From NCBI GenBank assembly GCA_963663545.1, contig OY760505.1:864001-928000 (forward strand): a stretch of DNA of 64,000 bases. Direction: 5' to 3'. Positions within the stretch are counted from its first letter, which is position 1, and each line of letters begins with the position of its first letter. Of the stretch, positions 63,201 to 64,000 are shown one piece after another. Below the pieces are notes generated by a model. The model ran no database searches and was not told the DNA's origin. It worked only from the letters and a program-made list of their open reading frames with translations. Source of the DNA: Candidatus Delongbacteria bacterium (GTDB lineage: Bacteria; CAIWAD01). A program made the translations under genes and the position numbers.

Positions 63201-63826
63201 CCGCGCCAGCGACTGCTGATGGCTTCGTGAGATCCATCCACGCCGGTGTCCATGTTGCCCACCAGCGCGCCGGTGCCGTCAATGCCCAGCTCGTACCAGA
63301 CGCGGTCGGCTTGAATGGCCTCCAGACCTGGAGTGATACCAATATCGCTGCGGCTAGCGGGTGCGTGAATGTCAACCGGATCAATGAGGCTGGCCTGGAA
63401 ATTCGCTTCGGCAATGTCGACATCGGGACGCGCGGCCAGTGTGCGAATGACCTCGGCAGGAGCACTCACCAGTACGCCGTTCACCAGCCAGTAGGAGGTG
63501 AAGCCTTCAATTTTGCCCGCATCCGCCAGGTTCTGCAACTCAGCCAGCAACGAAGCCTGACTCTCATCGGCAGTATCGCGCAGCGCGTCGATCACGGCTT
63601 TGTGACGCTTGGCCAGCGGAGCACGACTCTGATGCAGGTCTGCGTCCAGTCCGGCGATATCGGCCTGCGCCTTCATGGCAAGCAGAGCGCTGACGTTCTC
63701 GCCAGTTTTAGCCTCGCTTAGTACACGCTCCAGGCCAGGACTCAGGGTTCCGGCCAGAGCGCTGCCACTGAACATGGTGCCGCAGAAGGCGGCGCCCAGC
63801 AATACAGCAGTCAGCATACGCTTCAT
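60284..63826 (-). CDS. Secreted S8 subtilase (bacillopeptidase F-like) with accessory beta-sandwich domains
   Basis: Signal peptide, propeptide, DTG, HGSH, SAGN, GTSMAGPH; C-terminal ...FYRVIATN tail. Confidence 0.93.
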   Translation of the reverse strand: MKRMLTAVLLGAAFCGTMFSGSALAGTLSPGLERVLSEAKTGENVSALLAMKAQADIAGLDADLHQSRAPLAKRHKAVIDALRDTADESQASLLAELQNLADAGKIEGFTSYWLVNGVLVSAPAEVIRTLAARPDVDIAEANFQASLIDPVDIHAPASRSDIGITPGLEAIQADRVWYELGIDGTGALVGNMDTGVDGSHEAISSRWRGNHEPASECWLDVAGLGYSTPGDGDGHGSHVMGTICGLAPNDSIGVAPGAEWIAANPIMMNAGTSFDNAVVTCLQWFADPDGNSGTVDDMPDVVQNSWGVNESFGYLDCDTRWWSAIDNCEAAGVVLTWSAGNEGSTSGTLRSPADRATTATNCFSVGSCSTDGNTISYFSSRGPSGCGGDYAVKPEVTAPGDDIYSIDAYGDYVEMSGTSMAGPHVAGVVALMRAAAPDADVTTIKQILMDTALDRGTTGEDNTWGWGLIDAFAAVSQIMDGYGVVAGTVSSTSGGTIADAIISNTAGSERTTSNASGEYSMYLPAATYTLSYEAFGYVSATDVVIVPEDGTVTNNVSLTPAPAALLTGTVMDTEGTLLSNVAISALDTPLSTVYTNAYGQYSLSLPTGATYTVQALKSGYSTQESSLHFDAAATLNFVMPIRLHEDFETGFNNFPWEFSGDAIWVIDDAEYYSGSQCARSGDIDDNEISTMSVALEVTAASTVDFWYKVSSESGYDYLQFQIDGVVQDQWAGTIDWTYAEYALSTGSHTLSWVYDKDVSLSSGSDCAWVDFVQMPSMGVPTFPEILVTPSSIAQVMEPNTTAQRSLNIANDGENVLNWSADMAIDDPALVVRAELKLAKGEADTREPAAIRDAGGPDYYGYTWMDSNETGGPTYNWVDISSIGTPLGFADDDYSDEIEMGFEFDFYDNTFSTVRVMSNGFLSFTSTSTDYSNDPIPTSSEPNNLVAVCWDDLSPNLGGEVYYYVDANRFIAQWDSIPHYSSGEVFTFQAILNSDNSILFQYQAIGLDNSATVGIENSAGSNGLQILYDTGSYLTGSMAILITAVPEKEPWFTISPTSGTVGIGSSQNLLVDFDTTDMLEGEYTGSITISCNDPDNATIVVPVTLTVGSLELETPVTVIQNDAGLVSLQWEAIAGASAYRIEVATVFGGSWSTLATTTDLSYSLGEVAADQLRFYRVIATN

Positions 63827-64000
63827 CAGGATGTCCTCTCGTCTTTATTCGAACTTGTTCAAGTTCAGTCACTTCGAGCAGCCGGGAAGCCGGCCGACGA
63901 CACGCTATCCGCGCTGATCCTCAACTCGGATTCACTTTCAGGGGGATGATTTCACGTCTTTGTTTTGGTTGATCCGGACCTTGTGCTTGAACGCAATTGC

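Noticed and set aside
60893..63721. Plus-strand ORFs opposite the S8 protease
   Set aside because: Antisense shadow frames.

Overview
GC-rich bacterial chromosome segment, probably from an FCB-type lineage (T9SS-style C-terminal tails; taxonomy is inference). From the left: the 3' end of an IS110 element sitting at a CT core inside a REP-like palindrome; a minus-strand housekeeping run (tRNA-Val, thrS, infC, rpmI, rplT, pheS, pheT, zapB-like, zapA, 6S RNA, rny, ymdB, amidohydrolase, an M3 peptidase homologue lacking HExxH); three tandem secreted paralogues with homogenised 3' ends; a C5-methyltransferase/KpnI-like HNH restriction pair; a MarR-ablA-symporter-ablB N-epsilon-acetyl-beta-lysine operon; a truncated RecQ-like helicase; an AT-rich island (about 35,041-39,100) with a membrane-anchored Cys-rich protein, an OxsB-like B12 radical SAM enzyme and an IS1595 remnant; and a long minus-strand metabolic run (CutC, SPFH, FprA, ErcA/ErcS-like pair, GH53, ppa, OR-C-type CydA/octaheme pair, GT4, MscS, S8 protease). 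The two most notable signals are the OxsB-like two-gene island, a candidate nucleotide-analogue or anti-phage module, and a strongly over-represented heptamer GTATCAC/GTGATAC (about 90 copies counted by eye). All family assignments come from motif recognition and memory; no searches were run.
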